Translations under genes and position numbers: made by a program
The notes under the pieces: generated by a model
Told to the model about the DNA's origin: nothing
The model's database searches: none
Seen by the model: only the letters and a program-made list of their open reading frames with translations
Part shown: positions 26,056-34,267 of the stretch, one piece after another
How the letters are laid out: every line of letters begins with the position of its first letter
How positions within the stretch are numbered: the stretch's first letter is position 1
Assembly (NCBI GenBank): GCA_041562555.1
Contig: JBFEXS010000011.1
Location: 1 to 34,267, forward strand
Length of the DNA: 34,267 bases
Reading direction: 5' to 3'
From: Sulfurimonadaceae bacterium
GTDB taxonomy: Bacteria; Campylobacterota; Campylobacteria; Campylobacterales; Sulfurimonadaceae

Positions 26056-27882
26056 ATGAACTTAAGCGATAGAATTGCGTTTATGCCGTTACGAATATTA
26101 ATGCCGCTTATATGGTTGATTATTATTTTGGCAACCAGCGTATTCTCTTATCTTTATGTCGAGCGCGAGTTGACACAGCAGGTGAGAGAGGATACTTTCT
26201 TACATGTGTCGCAACGTTTTGATGCGGCCAATCATAACCTGAATATCGCTTTGGATCTGAACCTGTCAAAGCATATATTGATGCAGATGAAAAATGGATT
26301 TGAGTATGAAGAGGAACCGGGTATCGTTATGGGATATCAAAGGGCAGGTGATCAGGTTTTTCAACTTTCAGACAATAAAGAGCAGAATATCTTAGAAACA
26401 TACATCAACACGGATTTTTCAAACAGTGCAGAGAACCCTTTTGAAAACGCTCTTGTCGCCTTATGTCAGGAAAAACGTTCTGTATATGCACTCTGGCCGA
26501 AGGAAGATGTTTTTTACCTGTTTAAGCCTTTAAAGAATGTATGTGAAGGAAATATCCATATCTTGCGTTATAGCATTGGCTATGAGAGACGAACGCACTT
26601 GGCCGAAATGCTGCAGATCGTCATTATCTATACGATGACCCTATTGAGTGCGATGCTGGTCATCGGAGGATTTTCTTATGGAGTGATTCATCAGCGTTTT
26701 CAGCGTCTTTTGAAACATATTTCAGGATATCGCCACAGTATTGAAAATGAGGTAGATGTGATTGAAGGGGGTGATGAGTTCGCTTCCATATCCAAAGCCT
26801 TTTTCGGAATGGCAAAGCGTTTGAACGGTGTCCTGGATGACATGTATACCTTTGTTGCTGTTCTGGATACAAAGGGAGAAGTCGTCTTTGTCAATAACAC
26901 ACCGTTGCAGGTATCTGAGATCGGCTTTGCAGATGTCAAAGGGAAAAAACTGAGCAGGACCTATTGGTGGGCATATGATGACACTACCTGTTTTGAGATC
27001 GACAAATTGATCGATCGTGCTTTAAATGGGGAAATCATCAATGAAGAGAGTCAGATTCAGATCGCAGGAGGAAGACTGATATGGATCAACTTCAGTATGC
27101 ACCCTGTGTATGGTGAAGATGGTTGTATCGAGCATCTTGTGGCGGAGGGCGTCGATATCTCGAGACAGAAACAGGCCTATGAGGAGATGTTGCGTCAGAG
27201 CCGCAAGGCACAGATGGGAGAGATGCTTTCGGTGATCGCTCACCAATGGAGGCAGCCTCTTGGAGTGATCTCTTCTGTGGCAAACAAAATAATCCTGGAT
27301 ATAGAACTCGGATTGGTGAATGATAAGGAATTGCGTTTGTCTATGGATAAGATCAACCATACGGTAACGCATCTGGGTTCTACGATGCACCAGTTTACCA
27401 GTTTTTTCAATCCTAATAAGAAAGAAGAACTCACAAGCTTTTTATCCATTGTCAATAAATGTACGGAAATATTAGGCTCCAAGCTGGAATCAGAAGGGGT
27501 GCATATTAGTTTGGAATTGGGGGATGAGATCAAGTTCCTCAGTTTTGAAGAGGAACTGATGCAGGTCGTTATGGACATGATGAAGAACTCTGCCGATTTC
27601 TTTAAGATCAATGCAATAAAGAATCCACAGTTGACGTTACGTCAGATGACATATGAGGATTATGTCTGTCTTGAGATCGAAGACAATGCCGGAGGGATCA
27701 AGGATGAGGACATGGAAGATCTCTTCAAACCTTATTTCTCTACAAAACCTCAAGAGGGCGGTACGGGTCTGGGGTTACATATGTCCAAGATGATCGTCGA
27801 AGACCATTGTCGTGGAGAGATCAAAGTCCAACAGCTTGAGAACGGTGCATGTTTTACTATATGTATACCTAGGAATGATTAG
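26056..27882 (+). CDS. PAS-domain membrane sensor histidine kinase
   Basis: Two TM helices around a periplasmic domain, HAMP-like linker, PAS domain, H-box IAHQWRQPL, N box KNSAD, DNAGGI, PYFSTK, GTGLGL. Confidence 0.93.
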   Translation: MNLSDRIAFMPLRILMPLIWLIIILATSVFSYLYVERELTQQVREDTFLHVSQRFDAANHNLNIALDLNLSKHILMQMKNGFEYEEEPGIVMGYQRAGDQVFQLSDNKEQNILETYINTDFSNSAENPFENALVALCQEKRSVYALWPKEDVFYLFKPLKNVCEGNIHILRYSIGYERRTHLAEMLQIVIIYTMTLLSAMLVIGGFSYGVIHQRFQRLLKHISGYRHSIENEVDVIEGGDEFASISKAFFGMAKRLNGVLDDMYTFVAVLDTKGEVVFVNNTPLQVSEIGFADVKGKKLSRTYWWAYDDTTCFEIDKLIDRALNGEIINEESQIQIAGGRLIWINFSMHPVYGEDGCIEHLVAEGVDISRQKQAYEEMLRQSRKAQMGEMLSVIAHQWRQPLGVISSVANKIILDIELGLVNDKELRLSMDKINHTVTHLGSTMHQFTSFFNPNKKEELTSFLSIVNKCTEILGSKLESEGVHISLELGDEIKFLSFEEELMQVVMDMMKNSADFFKINAIKNPQLTLRQMTYEDYVCLEIEDNAGGIKDEDMEDLFKPYFSTKPQEGGTGLGLHMSKMIVEDHCRGEIKVQQLENGACFTICIPRND

Positions 27883-27883
27883 G

Positions 27884-28294
27884 TCATAGTCTGTCCAAAA
27901 TTGCCAGATGGGAAGAACTGGTCGCAATCAGTCTATCATCACAAAAAAGCTCTGTTGTGACAAATGCCGTGCGCTTTCCGATCTTTACAAGGGTACCGAC
28001 GGCCCTAAGCTCCTTGCCTTTTCCAGGGTGCAAATAGTTGACTGTGAGCTCCTGCGTCATTGCCGTTTGGTCCTTGTCAAGATGCGGCTCAAGCACAAAC
28101 CATCCTGTGTTGTCTGCAAGGGTAGAGATAACGCCGCCATGGATATAACCCATATGCTGCAGGTGTTCTTGGGATATCTCTATCTTTAAAACGGCTCCTG
28201 TCCTATCACTCTTTTCGACACTGCATCCGATATATTCCAAAAAGTTAAAACAGGGTGTCTCAACGTTTTGTTGTTTCATCTGTTTGTGTGACAT
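27884..28294 (-). CDS. PaaI family hot-dog fold thioesterase
   Basis: HLQHMGYIHGGVISTLAD, ELTVNYLHP, GKRTAF. Confidence 0.92.
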   Translation of the reverse strand: MSHKQMKQQNVETPCFNFLEYIGCSVEKSDRTGAVLKIEISQEHLQHMGYIHGGVISTLADNTGWFVLEPHLDKDQTAMTQELTVNYLHPGKGKELRAVGTLVKIGKRTAFVTTELFCDDRLIATSSSHLAILDRL

Positions 28295-28300
28295 GAGACC

Positions 28301-28306
28301 ATTATA
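28301..28306 (-). promoter_or_regulatory. -10 box (TATAAT) for a leaderless PaaI transcript
   Basis: Minus strand reads gcTATAAT-ggtctc-ATG; no Shine-Dalgarno. Confidence 0.55.
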
Positions 28307-28455
28307 GCTACTTTTTGATATCTGATATCTAATAGATCAAGTTAACTATCAGGCTTAAGTTTGAAGCTGGGCGCGGTGTTTTCACAGTTATAAGAGACAT
28401 TTTGTAAATTTAAAAAAAAATACTCTATTTTAGGGATGTTTAATGCAAAAGCTTC

Positions 28456-28461
28456 TATAAT
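28456..28461 (+). promoter_or_regulatory. -10 box (TATAAT) of atpB operon
   Basis: TATAAT 54 nt upstream of ATG 28516, preceded by AT-rich tracts. Confidence 0.55.
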
Positions 28462-28515
28462 CGCGTCAATATTTTAATAGATGTGTCAATACATCTTGAA
28501 CAAGGGACGCTTAAA

Positions 28516-29220
28516 ATGGAAGGTCGTTTATTTACATTTTTTGGAAGCATTGGAGAGATGCTGGGTTATACAGGACATGATAATCATGTTGTTATCTTTT
28601 TCACACATATGATTTTAAGTGCGATTATCGTACTTGTAATTGCAAAGATCGCGACAAAGAGCATGCGCCTTGTTCCGACAGGGACACAAAATGTAATGGA
28701 AGCTTATCTTGGCGGTGTTATCGCAATGGGTGCAGATGTTATGGGCAAGGAAGAAGCACGTAAATATCTTCCACTTGTAGCGACAATCGGTCTGTTTGTG
28801 GGTGTGGCTAACCTTATCGGTGTTGTTCCGGGTTTTGAAGCACCAACGGCAAGCCTTAACATGACACTGGCGTTAGCGTTGGTTGTATTTGTGTATTATA
28901 ACTTTGAAGGTATCCGCCGTAACGGTGTTATCAAGTATTTCGCACACTTCATGGGTCCTGTATGGTGGTTGGCATGGTTGATGTTCCCGATCGAGATCGT
29001 TTCTCATATTTCTCGTATTATTTCTCTTTCTTTCCGTCTTTTCGGAAATGTGAAAGGTGATGATATGTTCCTGATGGTTCTATTAATGCTGACTCCATGG
29101 ATTTTTCCAATGATCCCATTCGCATTATTGACATTCATGGCATTCCTTCAAGCCTTTATCTTCATGATGCTGACATACGTTTACCTCGGCGGAGCGGTTT
29201 TAGTATCTGACGATCACTAA
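28516..29220 (+). CDS. atpB: F0F1 ATP synthase subunit a
   Basis: MEGRLFTF start after [47 protein letters not shown]. Confidence 0.97.
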   Translation: MEGRLFTFFGSIGEMLGYTGHDNHVVIFFTHMILSAIIVLVIAKIATKSMRLVPTGTQNVMEAYLGGVIAMGADVMGKEEARKYLPLVATIGLFVGVANLIGVVPGFEAPTASLNMTLALALVVFVYYNFEGIRRNGVIKYFAHFMGPVWWLAWLMFPIEIVSHISRIISLSFRLFGNVKGDDMFLMVLLMLTPWIFPMIPFALLTFMAFLQAFIFMMLTYVYLGGAVLVSDDH

Positions 29221-29232
29221 GCGAGGGCTTAG

Positions 29233-29541
29233 ATGCGTAAAAGCCTGTTTGAGACTATCCTTAGTTTTCTTCTGGGCATCTCCTGGGCCTTCTTCTTTCT
29301 GGGGGCTCTTCTCACTTTTGACACCTTCATCGATTTTGGATTTTTTGCAGCACTCTTCGGCACCATTGTTTTTGCCTTCGTCACACTATTGTTCATTCTT
29401 CTTTTGGAGACGATGAATCTTTATAGAGAGAGTCATGAAGAGAAGAAAAAGCAGACACAGCTTCTAAGCGAAATAAAGGCGCTATTGCTTCAACAGAAGT
29501 CATCAACGACCCTATCAGAGGCTGTTTCAGGGGATGATTAA
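29233..29541 (+). CDS. Small membrane hypothetical protein (2 TM + coiled tail)
   Basis: Fills the gap between atpB and the next gene, overlapping it; two hydrophobic helices; GAGG RBS. Confidence 0.75.
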   Translation: MRKSLFETILSFLLGISWAFFFLGALLTFDTFIDFGFFAALFGTIVFAFVTLLFILLLETMNLYRESHEEKKKQTQLLSEIKALLLQQKSSTTLSEAVSGDD

Positions 29542-30073
29542 ATCCTATCAGATCACGGATCCTTCGATCATAGGTACAAACCCCGAATCTCTGATCGAAG
29601 TCCTGCCGACTTTGCTCAAAAAGCATTCTCCCGATTATGTCTGTCTACGAGATAAATCAACAAGAATATATTCCCAATTAGCAGAGGCCTTTCTTTCCCT
29701 TGAGGGTAAGCATAAGGCTTTGCTGCACGGGAATGTCGATCTTGCTATCGAACTGAACGCATATGGGGTGCATTTGAGCTCTCTACAATACGATGAGATT
29801 GCCAGGGCTAAAGCAGCGGGGCTGTATGTCATCGCTTCTACCCACTCCTATGCTGAAGCACAAAAAGCGTCCGGAGCAGATGCCATCACCTATAGTCCCG
29901 TTTTTCACTCTCCGAACAAGGGTGAACCTAAGGGTTTAGGGGATTTAAAAGAAATAACAGGTAAAATAGAAACAAATATTTTTGCTTTAGGCGGGATTAC
30001 TACGCAAGAGCAAATTAATCAGGTTGAAGCGTGCGGTGTTTACGGTTTTGCCTCAATACGATACTTTACTTAA
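29534..30073 (+). CDS. Thiamine phosphate synthase (ThiE/TenI) family protein
   Basis: YQITD, LRDK, GVHL, ASTHS, YSPVFHSPNKG, FALGGI. Confidence 0.85.
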   Translation: MIKSYQITDPSIIGTNPESLIEVLPTLLKKHSPDYVCLRDKSTRIYSQLAEAFLSLEGKHKALLHGNVDLAIELNAYGVHLSSLQYDEIARAKAAGLYVIASTHSYAEAQKASGADAITYSPVFHSPNKGEPKGLGDLKEITGKIETNIFALGGITTQEQINQVEACGVYGFASIRYFT

Positions 30074-30085
30074 GGAAATATACTC

Positions 30086-31510
30086 ATGTTTGAAACCGTC
30101 ATTGGCTTGGAAGTACATACACAGCTTAATACCAAAACGAAACTTTTTTGTTCATGTGCGACCAGCTTTAACGAGACTCAAAATACAAATACCTGTCCAA
30201 CATGTTTAGCCCTTCCGGGTGCACTTCCTGTATTAAACAAAGAAGTTTTACATAAATCGATCATGTTCGGGACAGCGATCGATGCGCGTATCAATCGTAC
30301 CTCATATTTTGATCGAAAATCCTATTTCTACCCGGACAGCCCGTCAGCCTATCAGATTACTCAGCTCTATACACCTGTAGTCGAAGACGGCAAGCTTCGC
30401 ATCGATTTTGAAGATGGCTCTCATAAGACGATCCGTATCAATCGTGCCCATATCGAAGCAGATGCGGGTAAAAACATTCATGACGGTCCGGTATCAAAGG
30501 TAGACCTTAACCGCGCAGGAACACCGTTACTTGAGATCGTTTCGGAGCCGGATATCCGTTCAGCTGAGGAAGCGATCTTATATCTTAAAAAACTCCATTC
30601 CATTGTGCGCTATATCGATATCTCCGATGCAAATATGCAGGAAGGATCATTCCGTTGTGATGTGAATGTGTCTATCCGTCCAAAAGGGGATGAGAAACTC
30701 TATACCCGCGTTGAGATCAAGAACATCAACAGTTTCAAGTTTATTGAAAAGGCGATCGAGGTAGAGGTAGAACGTCAGATCGATGCCTGGGAAGACGGTT
30801 TATATGATGAAGAGATCGTCCAAGAGACGCGATTGTATGATCAGGATAGAAATGAGACACGCTCTATGCGTGGAAAAGAGGGTGCCGCAGATTATCGGTA
30901 TTTCCCTGAACCGGACCTTCTTCCTGCAAAGATCGATGATGCAATGTATGAACAGTTCAGCAAGATCCCGGAGCTTCCGGATGAGAAACGTGACCGTTTT
31001 ATCAATGAATACAAGATAAGTGAATATAATGCTAATGTGATCACCTCTTCTTTAGAGATGGCTCATTTCTTTGAAAAGATGCTGGAGCAGGGTGGGACAG
31101 CGAAGACAGCGACAACGATGTTGACCGTTGAACTGCTAGGCAGACTCAAAGGAGGCCTTAGTCTTGAGACATCTCCTGTAGATGCTATAAAGCTTGGTAC
31201 TTTGGTCAGTCGCATCGATGATCAGACGATCTCAGGAAAGGCAGCCAAAGAGGTACTCGATTATCTGATGGAGAATGATATCGAAGTAGATGCAGCTATT
31301 GAGAAGCTTGGCTTGAAACAGGTGACGGATATGGGTGCCATCGAAGCGATATGTGATGAGATTATTGCTGCCAATGAAGAGAAGGCAGAAGAGTATAGAT
31401 CCGGTAAAGAGAAACTCTTTGGTTTCTTTGTTGGTCAAGTGATGAAGGCAAGTAAAGGTTCGGCAAACCCTCAAGCTGTCAATGAGGTATTAAAAGCTAA
31501 ATTAGGATAA
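30086..31510 (+). CDS. gatB: Asp-tRNA(Asn)/Glu-tRNA(Gln) amidotransferase subunit B
   Basis: [75 protein letters not shown]. Confidence 0.98.
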   Translation: MFETVIGLEVHTQLNTKTKLFCSCATSFNETQNTNTCPTCLALPGALPVLNKEVLHKSIMFGTAIDARINRTSYFDRKSYFYPDSPSAYQITQLYTPVVEDGKLRIDFEDGSHKTIRINRAHIEADAGKNIHDGPVSKVDLNRAGTPLLEIVSEPDIRSAEEAILYLKKLHSIVRYIDISDANMQEGSFRCDVNVSIRPKGDEKLYTRVEIKNINSFKFIEKAIEVEVERQIDAWEDGLYDEEIVQETRLYDQDRNETRSMRGKEGAADYRYFPEPDLLPAKIDDAMYEQFSKIPELPDEKRDRFINEYKISEYNANVITSSLEMAHFFEKMLEQGGTAKTATTMLTVELLGRLKGGLSLETSPVDAIKLGTLVSRIDDQTISGKAAKEVLDYLMENDIEVDAAIEKLGLKQVTDMGAIEAICDEIIAANEEKAEEYRSGKEKLFGFFVGQVMKASKGSANPQAVNEVLKAKLG

Positions 31511-31512
31511 AT

Positions 31513-33069
31513 ATGGGTTTTGTCTCAAAACGTTTTGTAGATCTCTCCTATTTTCTTCAGGCATCTAAAGGATACCAGGGAACGAAACGTTTTTTCTATG
31601 CTCTCTTGGAGGATGACACCTATCCTTACAAAAAGTATTTTGACTACTTTATGATGCTACTGATACTTTCGAGTGTCATGCTTTTGATACAGGGCGTCAA
31701 GCACCCTCTGCCTAATATGGCACACGTCTATAATGATTATATTATTTCATTGATTTTTTTGACCGAATATTTGCTGCGTTTTTGGGTGCACAGTTCGATT
31801 TCAAGGACAACCGTTCATCAATATGAGAAAGATGAGTTATTGGGAAAGTCCTTTCGTTTTTCCAAGGTGATCGGAAGCACGATCAAGGAGAAATGGCAAT
31901 ATGTAACCTCTGCTTTTGCCATCATCGATCTTCTGGCGATTATGCCTTTTTTCCATGAACTTCGGATCTTGCGTCTGTTCATTCTTTTCCGCGCATTCAA
32001 AATATTTCGCTACACAAAAAGCCTGCAGCAGTTTGCGCAGGTCCTTGCCTCAAAGAAGTTTGAATTTTTCACCCTGATGGTCTTTACATCGGTGATGATC
32101 TCTGTCGCAGCCGTATTGATCTATGTTGCCGAGGCGAATAATGAGGATTCGGCTATTGATACCATGTTTGAGGCTTTTTATTGGTCTTTTGTGACGTTAT
32201 CGACCGTAGGCTACGGTGATTTTGTTCCTGTGACCGATCTTGGAAGAACGGTGGCAATGATCATCATTATCTCCGGTGTGGCAGTGATATCCTTTACCAC
32301 CTCAATAGTTGTTTCTGCTTTTACCGAACAGCTTGATGGCATCAAAGAACAGAAAATGATCTCGGATATCTCAAAGATGAGCAACTTCTATCTGATCTGC
32401 GGTTACAGCGAGGTAGCCTCAATCGTGTGCAAACGTCTCCAAAAAGACGGACTTCCTTTTGTGATCTTTGATAAGGATGCATCGCATGTCTCGCAGGCAC
32501 TTAAAGCCAAAATGCCTGCTATACTGGCTGATCCATCCAAGCAAGAGAGTTATGAGACATATGGAATAGACCTGAAAGAGCAGGTGATCTCGGTCTTATG
32601 TCTCGAAAGTACGGATGTGCAAAACATCTATACGAGTCTGACGATTCGTTCGATTCATCCGGACATGAGGATACTCTCTTATCTGCATGAAGCCAAAAAT
32701 CGTAAAAAGCTTTCCTTGGCCGGAGTAGATCAGATCGTCTATCCTCAAGAACTCATCGGAGTGATCTCCAATGAGTTTACAGGTAAGCCTGTGGCCTTTG
32801 AGGCGATCCATGTACTTCGTTCTCAGAGTACAGATATCATTATGGATGAAATCCTGGTCAATGAACGTATCTTACATAATGTCAAGACGGTAGAGGAGTT
32901 AAGGATCGATACGAACAGGCTGATCTTGCTCGGGGTATATCGTAAGGGAAGTTTCACCTTCAACCCCGATAAACAGATGGCCCTTCGAACAGGTGATATC
33001 TTGGTGGTCATCGGTCTTGATATCGTAATTGAAGAGTACTCATTAAGTCTACACAAGGTTGGTGTATGA
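31513..33069 (+). CDS. 6-TM potassium channel with S4-type helix and C-terminal RCK (TrkA-N/C) domains
   Basis: IIDLLAI, LRILRLFILFRAFKIFRY, selectivity filter TVGYGD, ICGYSEVA, AGVDQIVYP. Confidence 0.92.
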   Translation: MGFVSKRFVDLSYFLQASKGYQGTKRFFYALLEDDTYPYKKYFDYFMMLLILSSVMLLIQGVKHPLPNMAHVYNDYIISLIFLTEYLLRFWVHSSISRTTVHQYEKDELLGKSFRFSKVIGSTIKEKWQYVTSAFAIIDLLAIMPFFHELRILRLFILFRAFKIFRYTKSLQQFAQVLASKKFEFFTLMVFTSVMISVAAVLIYVAEANNEDSAIDTMFEAFYWSFVTLSTVGYGDFVPVTDLGRTVAMIIIISGVAVISFTTSIVVSAFTEQLDGIKEQKMISDISKMSNFYLICGYSEVASIVCKRLQKDGLPFVIFDKDASHVSQALKAKMPAILADPSKQESYETYGIDLKEQVISVLCLESTDVQNIYTSLTIRSIHPDMRILSYLHEAKNRKKLSLAGVDQIVYPQELIGVISNEFTGKPVAFEAIHVLRSQSTDIIMDEILVNERILHNVKTVEELRIDTNRLILLGVYRKGSFTFNPDKQMALRTGDILVVIGLDIVIEEYSLSLHKVGV

Positions 33070-33773
33070 TCAAAAAGGTCCTTATATTCGGATACAATGA
33101 ATATGCTAAAGAGATAGCATATAATTTCAGACTAGACAAGACTCCTATGCAAATCTTTGTATTTGATGAAGAGAGTCTGATCAGTGCCAAGGGCGATGGA
33201 TATGAGGCTGAATGGGCAGAATTGAATGATGAATGGCTTGAGATCGGTGCGTCACACAACATCAATGAGATCATCTGCTTTTGTGCGCTGAACGATGATG
33301 CCCAAAACGTGTTTTTGACCATCTCTTTGCGGGCGGAATACAAGGATCTGAATATTATCTCACTGGCAACGTCCAAGGACAGTGCAGATAAGCTTAGACT
33401 TGCAGGGGCGAACAAGGTCATCGCAAAGCTGGAAACGACTGCTAACGTGATCGTAGAGTCTTTGGAAAAACCTGCAGTGGTAGAAGTGATGAATGAGATC
33501 TTGTATCGCAACAGGGACCTGAAGCTTGCGGAATATCGTATTGAACAAGGGACATTGCTGGAGGGGCTGTATCTAAATGAGATCACCTTGCACAAGGAAC
33601 ATAATATTATCATCCTTGCGATTGCAGACAAAGAGCTTGATGCAGAGTTTATGTTTACGACACAGGGACATAATCATAAGATAGATGCTGATGACGTATT
33701 GGTCGTCATGGGCAGAGAAGCTGATCTGTTGGCCTTTGAGGCTTTGATAGTACAAGCTCCTAGAACAGAATAG
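33066..33773 (+). CDS. TrkA/RCK family potassium channel regulatory protein
   Basis: VLIFGYNEYA, DDAQNVF, KLRLAGANKVI, C-terminal TrkA-C (IDADDVLVVMG); ATGA overlap with the channel gene. Confidence 0.88.
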   Translation: MIKKVLIFGYNEYAKEIAYNFRLDKTPMQIFVFDEESLISAKGDGYEAEWAELNDEWLEIGASHNINEIICFCALNDDAQNVFLTISLRAEYKDLNIISLATSKDSADKLRLAGANKVIAKLETTANVIVESLEKPAVVEVMNEILYRNRDLKLAEYRIEQGTLLEGLYLNEITLHKEHNIIILAIADKELDAEFMFTTQGHNHKIDADDVLVVMGREADLLAFEALIVQAPRTE

Positions 33774-33827
33774 CTGCTCTGGGTATGAAGATTGTTGATA
33801 TTTGGAAGTTTATTTAAAGGATAGGGT

Positions 33828-34265
33828 ATGAAAATAGGTGTTATCGGAGCCGGTAAATGGGGATCGGCTCTTGCTTTTGCATTGAGCGAAAAAAATGATG
33901 TTTATATTACATCACGGACACCTCGGGATGTTCCAAACTTCATCTCTTTGGATGAGATGATGGAATTGGAGTATTTGGTAATATCGGTTCCTGCACAGGC
34001 GATTTCACAATGGCTTGAAGACAACTTTGTGTTTAAGGGACAGAAAATCCTGGTCGCTGCAAAGGGGATAGAAGCTTCGAGTGGACGATTTTTAAATGAG
34101 ATATATGAGCAGTATGTACCCAAGGAGAACCTCTCTTTTCTTTCCGGCCCCTCATTTGCTACAGAGGTAATGCAGAGCCTGCCGACCGCACTGGTGATCA
34201 ACTCCCATTCTGAGCAGACTGCACAAACGTTCGCATCTATGTTTCCCTCGTTTATCAAGACCTAT
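33828..34265 (+). CDS. gpsA: NAD(P)H-dependent glycerol-3-phosphate dehydrogenase (3'-truncated by window edge)
   Basis: Own translation (absent from the ORF track): MKIGVIGAGKWGSALAFAL...VPAQ...AAKGIE...LSGPSFATEV; AAGGA RBS. Confidence 0.95.
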   Translation, partial: MKIGVIGAGKWGSALAFALSEKNDVYITSRTPRDVPNFISLDEMMELEYLVISVPAQAISQWLEDNFVFKGQKILVAAKGIEASSGRFLNEIYEQYVPKENLSFLSGPSFATEVMQSLPTALVINSHSEQTAQTFASMFPSFIKTY

Positions 34266-34267
34266 GT

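Noticed and set aside
28516..29220. atpB isolated from the other ATP synthase genes
   Set aside because: Split atp loci are normal in Campylobacterota.
33902..34258. 118-aa minus-strand ORF at window end
   Set aside because: Antisense to gpsA, which the ORF track missed because its stop lies outside the window.
1..34267. CRISPR arrays, tRNA/rRNA, IS elements, prophage or defence genes
   Set aside because: No repeat-spacer array, RNA gene signature, transposase or integrase motif was seen by eye; all intergenic regions are under about 230 nt.

Overview
Chromosomal window from a Campylobacterota (Epsilonproteobacteria) bacterium, probably a free-living Sulfurimonas/Sulfurovum-like organism. 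This is inferred from the S4-tsaE-lptB-rpoN synteny, a stand-alone atpB, the IAHQWRQPL kinase H-box and TGnTATAAT promoters. Positions 1-8.9 kb hold the 3' part of a Pel exopolysaccharide cluster in rearranged order: pelF (5'-truncated), pelG, pelA, then PelB apparently split into two genes, the second having gained its own signal peptide and a Cys-rich SPOR-like domain. Next come two SAM methyltransferases, a divergent module (AlgE-like porin + SoxW-like thioredoxin versus an exported rhodanese), a YgiQ radical SAM gene, and an MMPL/RND + LolA-like + outer-membrane barrel triad whose inner- and outer-membrane members share an acidic L-x-G-F-x-[DE] motif. A near-perfect sigma54 site precedes the S4-trpD-tsaE-lptB-rpoN-TIGR02757 operon. 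The rest is thiI, a small OMP, an orphan PAS histidine kinase, a PaaI thioesterase, atpB, a ThiE-like gene, gatB, a K+ channel with an RCK partner, and 3'-truncated gpsA. No rRNA, tRNA, CRISPR array or mobile element was recognised. All family calls come from motif recognition by eye, not database searches.
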